This document shows positions 9,707 through 18,846 of a DNA stretch of 64,000 nt, one piece after another (the first letter of the stretch is position 1; each line of letters begins with the position of its first letter). The stretch covers positions 141,460 through 205,459 of the forward strand of contig JAAFIV010000003.1 of assembly GCA_013298775.1 (NCBI GenBank), given 5' to 3'. The position numbers and the translations under genes were made by a program. The stretch is from Ignavibacteria bacterium. GTDB lineage: Bacteria > Bacteroidota > Ignavibacteria > Kapaibacteriales > UBA4661. Below the pieces are notes generated by a model that had not been told where the DNA came from, did no database searches, and saw nothing but the letters and a program-made list of their open reading frames with translations.

Positions 9707-11026
9707 TTACGGAGATTTTTTTTTCAACGCAAGCAATACTGCGGCACTGACAAGCGTAAGAATACTTGCAACAATCATCACTTCCTGCGCTTCTTCACGG
9801 ATGGAAAAAGGAGAATATTGCCACAACGCAAGATGTTGTGCGATTCCCCACAACGAAAGCACCGACCATACAGCAATAAACGCCAGCAAAAGCTCATCAA
9901 TACTGCGTTGCAAAACATGAGAAATGGAAAATCTGGCTGAAATAATCAGTACGGCAAAACACAGCAACACCGTACCAATACTTGCTCCCAGCACAACACT
10001 CGCAGGAAGAATGGTGAGTGCTACATATGCTGGATAGGCGTACCACGCAGGTCTGTCGGCGGGCGTGTGCAAGGGTGCTTGCGTGAGGTCGGCGGGAAGA
10101 GTTGGCGCGAGGCTTGTTGCGTAGCCCGCCCAGCACACACACACGCACACAAGAATACAAGCAATGATGGTGTGTTCAAGACTTTTGAACGTAACGTATT
10201 GATTGTTTTTTCGCGCTCGTATTGCCCAGACGCAAGCAACGGTCAGGCTTGGGAGTACAATAAAATGCAGCGTCGTCATTTTGAGAAGCGTTGAAGTGCC
10301 GAGTGCGCTTCCGCCGCGCAGTATTCCTGAAAGAGCATTGCCCAGTAGTGGTGCGGATTGCAGCGTGGAAAGCGCAATTTCCAATGCTGCGAACGAGCGC
10401 GTATCGAAGGGCAGAATATAGCCTGTGATGCCGCTTCCCAGCACGCACGCTGCGCCGAGGACAGTGAGCGCGGTCGTTTCTGTGGCGCAGACAAGAGTGT
10501 CTGCGCTACCTCTTTGTATTGGCTTCGAGGCGAGGAAACGCATTGTACACGCGCACAACGCCGCCAGCAACACCGATGCAACAAGGATATTCGCCGCCGC
10601 TTGGTGAATGCCGCGTACAAGCCAGCCATACTCTGCACCGCGCATGATTCCTTGCTCTACCGAGAAATACGCTGCATTCGGCAGTAATACTTGTTTGCTG
10701 CTCAGATGAGTAACGATGCGGCTTGCCGAGCGAAGTGTGTCGAGTGGAAGTATTGGCGCACGTGCAGCAGTGTCGTATTCCACAAAAAGCAGTTCCGATG
10801 CGGTGTATGTGGTTTTTGTTGGTGCGTGGCGGAGCGTTTTTGTTATTTCTAGCATCACCATACTCTGTCCCGACGCGCTTTCGGCGGGACGCGCCGAAGG
10901 CTCATACTGCGTCATCAGCAGTATTCCCGTGAGGCATTGCAACACAAAACTTTGTATGCTGAGAGCAAAGCTGAATCTCGCGCCGCGAGCAATGATGCGT
11001 TGAAGAGTGTGATTGGTCGTATTCAC
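9707..11026 (-). CDS. Divergent cytochrome b/b6-family membrane protein
   Basis: TGILLMTQYEPS, GWLVRGIH, TGYILPFD, ILRGG..LG.STL.KMTTLHFIVLP and PAWY (PEWY-like) motifs; GTG start. Confidence 0.75.
   Translation of the reverse strand: MNTTNHTLQRIIARGARFSFALSIQSFVLQCLTGILLMTQYEPSARPAESASGQSMVMLEITKTLRHAPTKTTYTASELLFVEYDTAARAPILPLDTLRSASRIVTHLSSKQVLLPNAAYFSVEQGIMRGAEYGWLVRGIHQAAANILVASVLLAALCACTMRFLASKPIQRGSADTLVCATETTALTVLGAACVLGSGITGYILPFDTRSFAALEIALSTLQSAPLLGNALSGILRGGSALGTSTLLKMTTLHFIVLPSLTVACVWAIRARKNNQYVTFKSLEHTIIACILVCVCVCWAGYATSLAPTLPADLTQAPLHTPADRPAWYAYPAYVALTILPASVVLGASIGTVLLCFAVLIISARFSISHVLQRSIDELLLAFIAVWSVLSLWGIAQHLALWQYSPFSIREEAQEVMIVASILTLVSAAVLLALKKKSP
10482..10527. repeat. Repeat family B single unit inside the cytochrome b-like CDS
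   Basis: GTGGCGCAGACAAGAGTGTCTGCGCTACC...TTGGCTTCG, matches 24511 and 5984. Confidence 0.8.
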
Positions 11027-11130
11027 CCGAGCGTGTGTTTGTGAGATTGAGGAAGAATGAATCTGTTAGCCGCGTCAAATATACAAAATATCCTCGTAGC
11101 CCAGTGATTACCGTGCATTCTTGCAAATTC

Positions 11131-11295
11131 GTAACTGGTCAGGTCTCCCCGTCGGGCGGCTGTTATCACAAGCGCAGTCGCCTTACGGCGGGTTCTTCGG
11201 CGCGTACTCAATAAAAGCGTCCTGTGTACACCCGCCGGACGGCTACTGTATCTGTAATAACAGCCGCCCGACGGGGGGAGTACCTGACCAGTTAC
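11131..11295. repeat. Repeat family A with outer GTAACTGGTCAGG/CCTGACCAGTTAC inverted repeat
   Basis: Nested inverted repeats are directly visible. Confidence 0.9.
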
Positions 11296-11499
11296 GCAAA
11301 TTCTTTGTAAATAATTATTCTCATCACATAATTTGTTGCATAATCTCCCACGATGCAATATCTTCGCCGCAGTTCAGGAGTGCATTTATTCAGAGTGTTT
11401 GCAAAAAAAATGTGCGACAAAAAGCTCTACAACAACGATAAAATCAAGTATTCAGTATTGTGTGTCTTTTCACAATTATTTTTCACAATTATCTAAAGG

Positions 11500-12237
11500 A
11501 TGAAGAACATGAATAGAGAAATTCACTCCTGGTGGAGTCCTCGTTTGGACAAGCAAATGGAAATCGCTGTGTACGGACACTACGGACCAGCATTGCTGAT
11601 GTTTCCTAGTGCGGCGGCAGATTATCTCGAGTACGAGCGTTTTTACATGATTGATTCCATTGCGCCGTACATCGAGGCGGGCAAAGTAAAAGTTTTTTCG
11701 ATTAACAGCATCAATTCTGAAAGCTGGCTCAATCGCAAAATGGCTCCGCATCACAAGGCAATTCGCCACCAGTCGTACAATTACTACATTTTTGATGAAG
11801 TTGTGCCGTTTATCCATGCGCATTGCCAAACCCGCGTGCCGATTATCACAACAGGTGTTTCGCTCGGCGCGTTCCACGCCGTAAACGTCTTTTTCCGCCG
11901 TCCCGACCTCTTTGCGGGAACCTGCGGTATGAGCGGCGTGTACGACCTCAGCCAATACAGTGACGGCTTCTGGAACGAAGATTGCTACTTCAATTCGCCG
12001 ATGCACTATATGCCGAATCACACCGACCACTATCAACTTGAGCAAATGCGTCGCGGTAGCATTACGATTATGAGCGGGCAAGGCGCGTACGAGGCTCCCG
12101 ATGCGTCTCGCGCATTCTCTGGTGTGCTGAATAGCAAATCTATTCCGAATGAACTGGACGTTTGGGGCTACGATATGCGCCACGACTGGCCCACATGGCG
12201 AGCGATGTTGCCGTATTACTTGGAAACACATTTCTAA
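11500..12237 (+). CDS. Putative esterase, alpha/beta-hydrolase fold
   Basis: YGHYGPALLMFP, nucleophile motif GVSLG, WGYDMRHDWPTW. Confidence 0.85.
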   Translation: MKNMNREIHSWWSPRLDKQMEIAVYGHYGPALLMFPSAAADYLEYERFYMIDSIAPYIEAGKVKVFSINSINSESWLNRKMAPHHKAIRHQSYNYYIFDEVVPFIHAHCQTRVPIITTGVSLGAFHAVNVFFRRPDLFAGTCGMSGVYDLSQYSDGFWNEDCYFNSPMHYMPNHTDHYQLEQMRRGSITIMSGQGAYEAPDASRAFSGVLNSKSIPNELDVWGYDMRHDWPTWRAMLPYYLETHF

Positions 12238-12245
12238 ATGTCAAA

Positions 12246-12364
12246 TCTTCCCGCCCAAGCGGCTGAGGAGTGCAGGTACGGTGCCGTCCGGCGGGTGATT
12301 CCGTTTGTACAGCACTCGCCGGACGGCTACTGTGCGAGTGATAACAGCCGCCCGACGAGAAAGA
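12246..12364. repeat. Repeat family A
   Basis: Full nested palindrome just downstream of the esterase stop. Confidence 0.9.
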
Positions 12365-12425
12365 CCAGCGACCAACTATAAAGCTCAAAAGCCTGATACA
12401 TACACGCTTTGAGCGTAAAAAATGC

Positions 12426-12475
12426 GAGGCTTTTCCTTCAATAATGCAAACGAAGGAAAAGCCTCACTTTCTTTT
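12426..12475 (+). terminator. Probable intrinsic terminator
   Basis: GAGGCTTTTCCTTC-loop-GAAGGAAAAGCCTC followed by a T-rich tract. Confidence 0.65.
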
Positions 12476-12561
12476 AAACTACTTTCCTGCTCCAAGCCCA
12501 GTATTTATCCTGCCTTCACGCCAAAAACACCTTCCATTCCCCTGCAACCCGTTTTCTGCTA

Positions 12562-12592
12562 TTGACTTCTTCCTCTTTTTCCCTTACCTTTG
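12562..12592 (+). promoter_or_regulatory. Bacteroidota-type sigma70 promoter candidate for gltB
   Basis: TTG-N20-TACCTTTG matches the -33/-7 TTTG / TAnnTTTG consensus. Confidence 0.5.
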
Positions 12593-12712
12593 TTACTCTT
12601 AAAGAAATAAGCGAAATTTCGCCAAAACTTAAAAAAGTACATTATTTCGCTCCGAGCGAAATAAAATTGTAAGAATATTTTCAGAATAACGCACCACATT
12701 TGAGGAATCGTT

Positions 12713-15700
12713 ATGAATTCTTCCGAATACTCTCCTTCCGAGCAAATCCCAAGCATCGCCGGAATGCCGCCAAAACAAGGCTTGTACGACCCCGCATTCG
12801 AGCGCGATGCCTGCGGTGTGGGCTTTGTGGCAAATATGAACGGCACTCCGTCGCGGGATATTGTTACCAAAGGCTTACAAATCCTGAAAAACCTGAAGCA
12901 TCGCGGCGCGACGGGCTGCGACCCGCATACAGGCGACGGTGCGGGCATTCTCATCCAGATACCGCATGAATTCTTCGTCCGCGTTTGCCGAGAGCCGCAA
13001 AACCTGATTGATGGCGGCTTCGAGCTTCCAGAGAACGGAAAATACGGCGTTGGAATGATGTTTTTGCCGAGCATCGTTGAAGAGCGAAAACGCTGCGTAA
13101 GCCTCATCACCTCTCGCTTGAAGGCGGAAGGTTTGACCGTGCTTGGTTGGCGGAATCCTCCCGTGAACGACCAAGTTGCGGGCGATGTGGCGCGTGCCTC
13201 GCAGCCTGCTATTCGCCAAGTGTTTGTTTCTGCGCCGCACTTGACGCAGGAACAGCTTGAAATCAAGCTCTACGTGGCGCGGCAGATGATGTCGAAAGAA
13301 ATTGTGCGTTTGGGTTTGGAGCAGGGAAATTATTTCTACGTGCCGAGTTTTTCCACGCGCACCATTTGCTACAAGGGCTTGCTGCAGCCCGAACAGATGG
13401 ATTCCTACTTCATTGACCTGAAAGCAAACGATTTTATTTCCGCGCTCGCCCTTGTGCATCAGCGTTTTAGCACCAATACCTTCCCCACGTGGGGTTTGGC
13501 GCACCCCTTCCGCTATTTGGCGCACAATGGCGAAATCAACACGCTGCGCGGCAACGTAAACTGGATGCGGGCGCGAGAAGCAATGCTGGAATCGCCCTTA
13601 TTTGGTGCGGATATTAAAAAAATTAAACCGATTATCACTGAAAGCGGTTCTGATTCGGCAATTCTCGACAACGCGCTTGAACTCTTGGTTCTGAGCGGTC
13701 GCTCCGTTCCCCACGCGCTGATGATGCTCGTGCCAGAAGCATGGGAAGCAAAAGCCGATATGAGCGAGGAATTACGCGCCTTCTACCAATATCACTCGAC
13801 GCTTTCCGAGCCGTGGGACGGTCCCGCCGCGCTGTCCTTCACCGACGGCACAATTATCGGCACTGCGCTCGACAGAAATGGTCTCCGACCCGCACGGTAT
13901 CTCGTTACGGAGGATGGCATTGTGGCACTGGCTTCGGAAGCGGGCGTGCTGGATTTCCCGCCCGAAACGATTGTCCGCAAAGGGCGCGTCGAACCCGGAA
14001 GCATGATGGTTGCTGACCTCACGGCTGGTCGCATTTTGGAAAATGAGGAAATCAAACGCACCATTGCAACGCGGCAACCATACGCCGAGTATGTAAAATC
14101 GCACGTTATTCGCCTTGAGCATTTGCCAGAAGCCTCATCGGAACTGGCTTCGTTGCCAAATCTTGCTGACAAAGAAACGCTTGTCGAGCAACAACAAGCA
14201 TTCGGTTATTCTGACGAAGACCTGCGTGTCATTTTGCAACCAATGTCGCAAAATGGCGAAGAACCTGTCGGCTCAATGGGAACCGACACGCCGCTTGCGG
14301 TCTTGTCCGAGAAGCCGCAGCTCCTTTCAAATTACTTCAAACAACTTTTCGCGCAAGTAACGAATCCGCCTATTGACCCGCTTCGTGAGCGGTCGGTGAT
14401 GTCGTTGAAAATTTATACAGGACGGCGCGGCAAGTTTTTGAATGAAGAATTTGACCCGCTCCGCTGTGATTTGGAGCTGGATTCACCGATTTTGACCGAC
14501 GACGAATTAGCGAAAATCAAGGCTCTGGGCAGCAATGCCGAATCCCCCCTCAATCAGACCCTCACCCCAACCCTCTCCCACAGGGAGAGGGCTTCAGAAT
14601 CTTCACCCTCGCCCTCTGGGAGAGGGTCGCTCGAAGAGCGGGGTGAGGGAAAGGCGCGAGAAATCACCCACAACATGAGTTCCGCAACGCTTTCCACCTT
14701 GTTTCCCATTGCAAAAGGCGCGGAAGGCTTGGTAAAAGCTCTCACCAGCCTTTGCGAGCAGGCGGAAGCGGTGATTGAAGAAGGACACGCGCTGCTTATC
14801 CTCAGCGATAGAGGCGTAAACAAGACCATGGCTCCCATTCCCGCGCTCTTGGCGGTTTCGGCGGTGCATCATCATCTCATCAAAACGGGCAAGCGGACGC
14901 AAGTGGGCTTGGTGGTGGAATCGGGCGAGCCGCGTGAAGTCATGCACTTCGCGCTGCTGATTGGCTATGGCGCGAGCGCAATCAATCCGTATCTCGCTTT
15001 GGGAACAATCAAGCATTCCTTCGCAGCCGCAAATGCAGTGGCGACGGTGCATGGAGCGGAGTTGTCCGCGCTTGGCAGCATCAAGGCTTTGACCGAAAAT
15101 TACCGCAAAGCCATTGGCAAAGGTTTGCTGAAAATTATGAGCAAAATGGGGATTTCGACGCTCATGTCGTACCGAGGAGCGCAAATTTTCGAGGCAGTTG
15201 GACTCAGTTCGCAACTCATTGACAACTACTTCCCCCGGACCCCGTCTCGCTTGGAGGGCATTGACCTTCGCCACATCGTGCGCGACGTGGAAACCTTCCA
15301 CAAACACGCTTTCCCCGCAAAGCCAGTTCTGAAGGCGCGTTCAGGCGCGTCGCTGCGTCGGTCGGGCTTGTACCAATGGCAGCGCGATGGCGAGTTTCAT
15401 GCCTACAACCCCGCATCAATCCACAAACTTCAGCAAGCAACCGCGCAAAACGATTACGCCGCCTTCAAGGAATACTCTGCACTCGTGAACACGGTGCAAA
15501 AGAAAAACGCGATGCTGCGTGGGTTGTTGGAGTTCAAGAAGGCAGATTCTATCCCGCTTTCGGAGGTGGAACCTGTTGAAGAAATTATGAAACGCTTTGC
15601 AACCGGCGCGATGTCGTTTGGTTCTATCAGCAAAGAAGCGCATGAAACCTTGGCGGAAGCAATGAACGCGATTGGCGGCAAAAGCAACACGGGCGAAGGC

Positions 15701-17506
15701 GGCGAGGACGCAGAACGCTTCGGGACAAATCGCCGCTCGGCTATCAAGCAAGTAGCGTCGGGGCGTTTCGGGGTTACGTCGCATTATTTGGTGAATGCGG
15801 ATGAATTGCAAATCAAGGTGGCGCAAGGCGCGAAGCCAGGTGAAGGCGGACAACTGCCCGGACACAAGGTAGATGCGACGATTGCGCGGGTGCGCCATTC
15901 CGTGCCGGGCGTTACGCTGATTTCGCCGCCGCCGCACCACGACATTTACTCGATTGAAGACCTTGCGCAACTTATCTACGACCTCAAAAATGCGAACAGC
16001 AAAGCCGATATTTCCGTGAAACTCGTCTCGGAAGTAGGCGTGGGCGTAGTAGCGGCGGGCGTTGCGAAGGCTCATGCGGATATGATTTTGATTTCCGGCT
16101 ACGACGGCGGCACGGGCGCGTCGCCGATAAGTTCCACGCGGCACGCGGGTATTCCGTGGGAAATCGGCTTGGCAGAAACCCAGCAAACACTTGTGCTGAA
16201 CGACCTTCGCGGGCGTGTGCGTGTGCAGGTGGATGGTCAGTTAAAAACGGGGCGTGATGTCGTTGTTGCCGCGCTTTTGGGCGCAGAGGAATTTGGCTTC
16301 TCGACCGCGCCGTTAGTAGTTTCGGGCTGTATTTTGATGCGCAAATGCCACTTGAACACGTGTCCTGTCGGCATTGCCACGCAAAAGCCTGAACTCCGCG
16401 CAAAATATACGGGCAAGGCAGAACACATCATCAATTTCTTCCGTTTTATTGCCGAAGAAGTACGCGAATTGATGTCGGAACTCGGCTTCCGCACCATGAA
16501 CGAAATGATTGGTCGCTCAGATGCTCTCAAACCCGCATTAGACCTTGCCGGCAAGGCGGCAACGCTGGATTTATCAGCAATTTTGTACAACCCGGGCGTA
16601 CAATCAAACAAACTCGACCTCGCCCAGACACCGCTTCGTTGCGTTTCTGCACAGGAGCATGGCTTGGAGGACGCACTAGACCACGAGTTGATTGCGCTCT
16701 CTCGTCCCGCGCTCGAATCCAAGCGGTCGGTGTCGTTTGATATTCGTATTCGCAATGTTCACCGCACGGTCGGTACATTGCTTGGAAGCGAGATTTCACG
16801 ACGCTTTGGTGAAGAAGGCTTGCCAGAAAACACCATCAATGCCACGTTCACGGGAACGGCTGGGCAAAGTTTCGGCGCATTCGTCCCGAAGGGCGTAACG
16901 ATGCGGCTTGTGGGCGAAGGAAATGATTATGTTGGCAAAGGTTTGTCGGGCGGAACGATTATTGTTGTGCCAAACCCCGCAGCCCGCTTCAATGCTGAGG
17001 AAAACGTCATTGCGGGCAATACAATTCTCTACGGCGCGACGAGCGGAACGGCGTTCATTCGCGGGCAGGTTGGCGAACGCTTTGCGGTGCGCAATTCTGG
17101 CGCGACGGTCGTCGTAGAGGGCGTTGGCGACCACGCTTGCGAGTACATGACAGGCGGAACGGTGGTGGTGCTTGGAAAAACGGGACACAACTTTGCGGCG
17201 GGCATGAGCGGCGGCGTGGCATTCGTCTATGACCCGCATCGCGCCTTCCCTCTGCGCTGCAATCACGAAATGGTGGATGTTGTGAATGTGTTGGATGCCG
17301 AGCAGCAAGAACGCCTGCACAGCTTGATTTCACGCCACGTTGAGCAGACGGAGAGCGCGATTGGCAAGCGTATTTTGGAGTCGTGGAATACGGCGGTGCA
17401 AGACTTCGCGCTCGTCTTCCCGCACGAGTACCGCAAATACTTGCAGCGCACTCGCCCACAACCCGCACAAACACTGGTAGAATTGGGCAAAGAACTTGCG
17501 GTGTGA
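12713..17506 (+). CDS. gltB: Glutamate synthase large subunit
   Basis: ERDACGVGF (catalytic Cys1), HQRFSTNTFPTW, FATGAMSFGSIS, SNTGEGGE, CILMRKCHLNTCPVGIATQ (3Fe-4S), C-terminal GXGXG repeats. Confidence 0.97.
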   Translation: MNSSEYSPSEQIPSIAGMPPKQGLYDPAFERDACGVGFVANMNGTPSRDIVTKGLQILKNLKHRGATGCDPHTGDGAGILIQIPHEFFVRVCREPQNLIDGGFELPENGKYGVGMMFLPSIVEERKRCVSLITSRLKAEGLTVLGWRNPPVNDQVAGDVARASQPAIRQVFVSAPHLTQEQLEIKLYVARQMMSKEIVRLGLEQGNYFYVPSFSTRTICYKGLLQPEQMDSYFIDLKANDFISALALVHQRFSTNTFPTWGLAHPFRYLAHNGEINTLRGNVNWMRAREAMLESPLFGADIKKIKPIITESGSDSAILDNALELLVLSGRSVPHALMMLVPEAWEAKADMSEELRAFYQYHSTLSEPWDGPAALSFTDGTIIGTALDRNGLRPARYLVTEDGIVALASEAGVLDFPPETIVRKGRVEPGSMMVADLTAGRILENEEIKRTIATRQPYAEYVKSHVIRLEHLPEASSELASLPNLADKETLVEQQQAFGYSDEDLRVILQPMSQNGEEPVGSMGTDTPLAVLSEKPQLLSNYFKQLFAQVTNPPIDPLRERSVMSLKIYTGRRGKFLNEEFDPLRCDLELDSPILTDDELAKIKALGSNAESPLNQTLTPTLSHRERASESSPSPSGRGSLEERGEGKAREITHNMSSATLSTLFPIAKGAEGLVKALTSLCEQAEAVIEEGHALLILSDRGVNKTMAPIPALLAVSAVHHHLIKTGKRTQVGLVVESGEPREVMHFALLIGYGASAINPYLALGTIKHSFAAANAVATVHGAELSALGSIKALTENYRKAIGKGLLKIMSKMGISTLMSYRGAQIFEAVGLSSQLIDNYFPRTPSRLEGIDLRHIVRDVETFHKHAFPAKPVLKARSGASLRRSGLYQWQRDGEFHAYNPASIHKLQQATAQNDYAAFKEYSALVNTVQKKNAMLRGLLEFKKADSIPLSEVEPVEEIMKRFATGAMSFGSISKEAHETLAEAMNAIGGKSNTGEGGEDAERFGTNRRSAIKQVASGRFGVTSHYLVNADELQIKVAQGAKPGEGGQLPGHKVDATIARVRHSVPGVTLISPPPHHDIYSIEDLAQLIYDLKNANSKADISVKLVSEVGVGVVAAGVAKAHADMILISGYDGGTGASPISSTRHAGIPWEIGLAETQQTLVLNDLRGRVRVQVDGQLKTGRDVVVAALLGAEEFGFSTAPLVVSGCILMRKCHLNTCPVGIATQKPELRAKYTGKAEHIINFFRFIAEEVRELMSELGFRTMNEMIGRSDALKPALDLAGKAATLDLSAILYNPGVQSNKLDLAQTPLRCVSAQEHGLEDALDHELIALSRPALESKRSVSFDIRIRNVHRTVGTLLGSEISRRFGEEGLPENTINATFTGTAGQSFGAFVPKGVTMRLVGEGNDYVGKGLSGGTIIVVPNPAARFNAEENVIAGNTILYGATSGTAFIRGQVGERFAVRNSGATVVVEGVGDHACEYMTGGTVVVLGKTGHNFAAGMSGGVAFVYDPHRAFPLRCNHEMVDVVNVLDAEQQERLHSLISRHVEQTESAIGKRILESWNTAVQDFALVFPHEYRKYLQRTRPQPAQTLVELGKELAV
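14559..14649. repeat. Repeat family D palindrome inserted within gltB
   Basis: CCCTCACCCCAACCCTCTCCCACAGGGAGAGGG...CCCTCGCCCTCTGGGAGAGGG...GGGGTGAGGG; near-identical to the reverse complement of 22106-22207. Confidence 0.92.
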
Positions 17507-17573
17507 GGGAAATTGTGTAGTTTATGAGAAGTTTCGTTTAAGCATTACTTTGTTCACTTTTTTGTTCAGCATT

Positions 17574-17807
17574 ATGGCTTCCATCATTCATTCCGACCCC
17601 GACATTCTTGGCGGAACGCCCGTTTTTCGCGGTACTCGTGTTCCCGTTGAAAGCCTTTTTGACCATTTGGCAAAAAGTATTCCTTTAGATGAATTTTTGG
17701 ATGATTTTCCAACGGTTTCCCGCGAACAGGCAGTATCTGTGCTGGAATCAAGTTCACGGCTTCTCCAATCTTTGACGGCATTGCACGATGAGAATCTTGT
17801 TGGATGA
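17574..17807 (+). CDS. DUF433-family protein (putative antitoxin)
   Basis: IHSDPDILGGTPVFRGTRVPV...LDEFLDDFPTVSREQA is typical of DUF433. Confidence 0.9.
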   Translation: MASIIHSDPDILGGTPVFRGTRVPVESLFDHLAKSIPLDEFLDDFPTVSREQAVSVLESSSRLLQSLTALHDENLVG

Positions 17808-18131
17808 AAATTTACCGAAAAAACTCAAGCGTGAATTTCCTCAGCATGAGATTTGGACAGCTCGTGAAAAAGGTTGGAATGGCAAGAAAAATGGTGAGTT
17901 ACTCGCGCTCATGTTGCAAGACGGTATTGATGTTTTGCTGACATTTGACAAGAATTTGCAGCACCAGCAAAATTTTTCAAAATATCCGATTGTCGTGATT
18001 GTCTTGAATGCTTTTAGTAATGATTATGCAGAATTGCTAGTAATGATTATGCAGAATTGCTGCCACTTATGCCCAAAGTACGCAATTTTTTGGATAATTC
18101 ACCACAAGCAGGAGCAATACTCCTTTCGTAA
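17788..18131 (+). pseudogene. PIN-like (DUF5615/VapC45-type) toxin with C-terminus frameshifted by a 23-bp duplication
   Basis: MRILLDENLP, GWNGKKNGELL, LLTFDKNLQHQQN. Duplication at 18015-18060. The restored frame ends LLPLMPKVRNFLDNSPQAGAILLS* at 18131; as written the ORF reads to 18189. Confidence 0.8.
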
Positions 18132-18185
18132 AGGTTCAGAATCCATATCAGTCAGGTTTTTTATTCACTTTTCCCTATTTGCAGT

Positions 18186-18719
18186 ATGAAAACATTTTTT
18201 ACCAATCTTGCCAGTGCTGCTGCGCTTGCAGCCCTCATGTTTGCTTGTGCGCCCACGCCACCAACACCGCCCGCAGACTTTATTGCTGGCGATTCTAACC
18301 TCGTTAATGTTGCTTCGTCGTGGACGCGCATTGCGGGACCGTACATCGGCACGGCTGGACCAGATGGCTCGTTTCTTGGTGCAGCGCACCGCGTCGGCGA
18401 TACAACAGTTACCCGTACCGTGTATTCGCGGAATAATTTTGTCAGCATCAGCAAAGACGCGAGCAGTGGACGTTATCCCGTCGGAACGATGCTTGTGAAA
18501 CTCTTTCGTCGTCGCACAGACAGCACGGTTATTGGCGGCTCGATGATGGTTAAGCGTGGTGGCGACTTTGCTGCGGCAAACGCAACAGGCTGGGAGTGGA
18601 TTAACTTGAACGCGAGCGGGCAGGTTGCAACACGCTTCCGCAGCGATAGTGCTGCTGCTGCGTGCGTGGGCTGCCATCGTACGCGGATGTCGAATGATTA
18701 TTCTTGGTCGTTGAAGTAA
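18186..18719 (+). CDS. Lipoprotein c-type cytochrome, cytochrome P460-like fold
   Basis: Lipobox LMFAC; YPVGTMLVK, MMVKR, GWEW and C-terminal heme motif CVGCH. Confidence 0.7.
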   Translation: MKTFFTNLASAAALAALMFACAPTPPTPPADFIAGDSNLVNVASSWTRIAGPYIGTAGPDGSFLGAAHRVGDTTVTRTVYSRNNFVSISKDASSGRYPVGTMLVKLFRRRTDSTVIGGSMMVKRGGDFAAANATGWEWINLNASGQVATRFRSDSAAAACVGCHRTRMSNDYSWSLK

Positions 18720-18792
18720 TGTTGTTGCTTTTATTTTTCGCTATTCTGCTTGAGATACCTCAAACATCTTCAACATTGGCACTGATAAAACG

Positions 18793-18840
18793 AAAGCCCT
18801 TGATGACTGATTCTATCAGCTCTTCAAGGGCTTTTTCTTT
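18793..18840. terminator. Bidirectional terminator between convergent genes
   Basis: AAAGCCCTTGA...TCAAGGGCTTTTT. Confidence 0.65.
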
Positions 18841-18846
18841 ATACAT

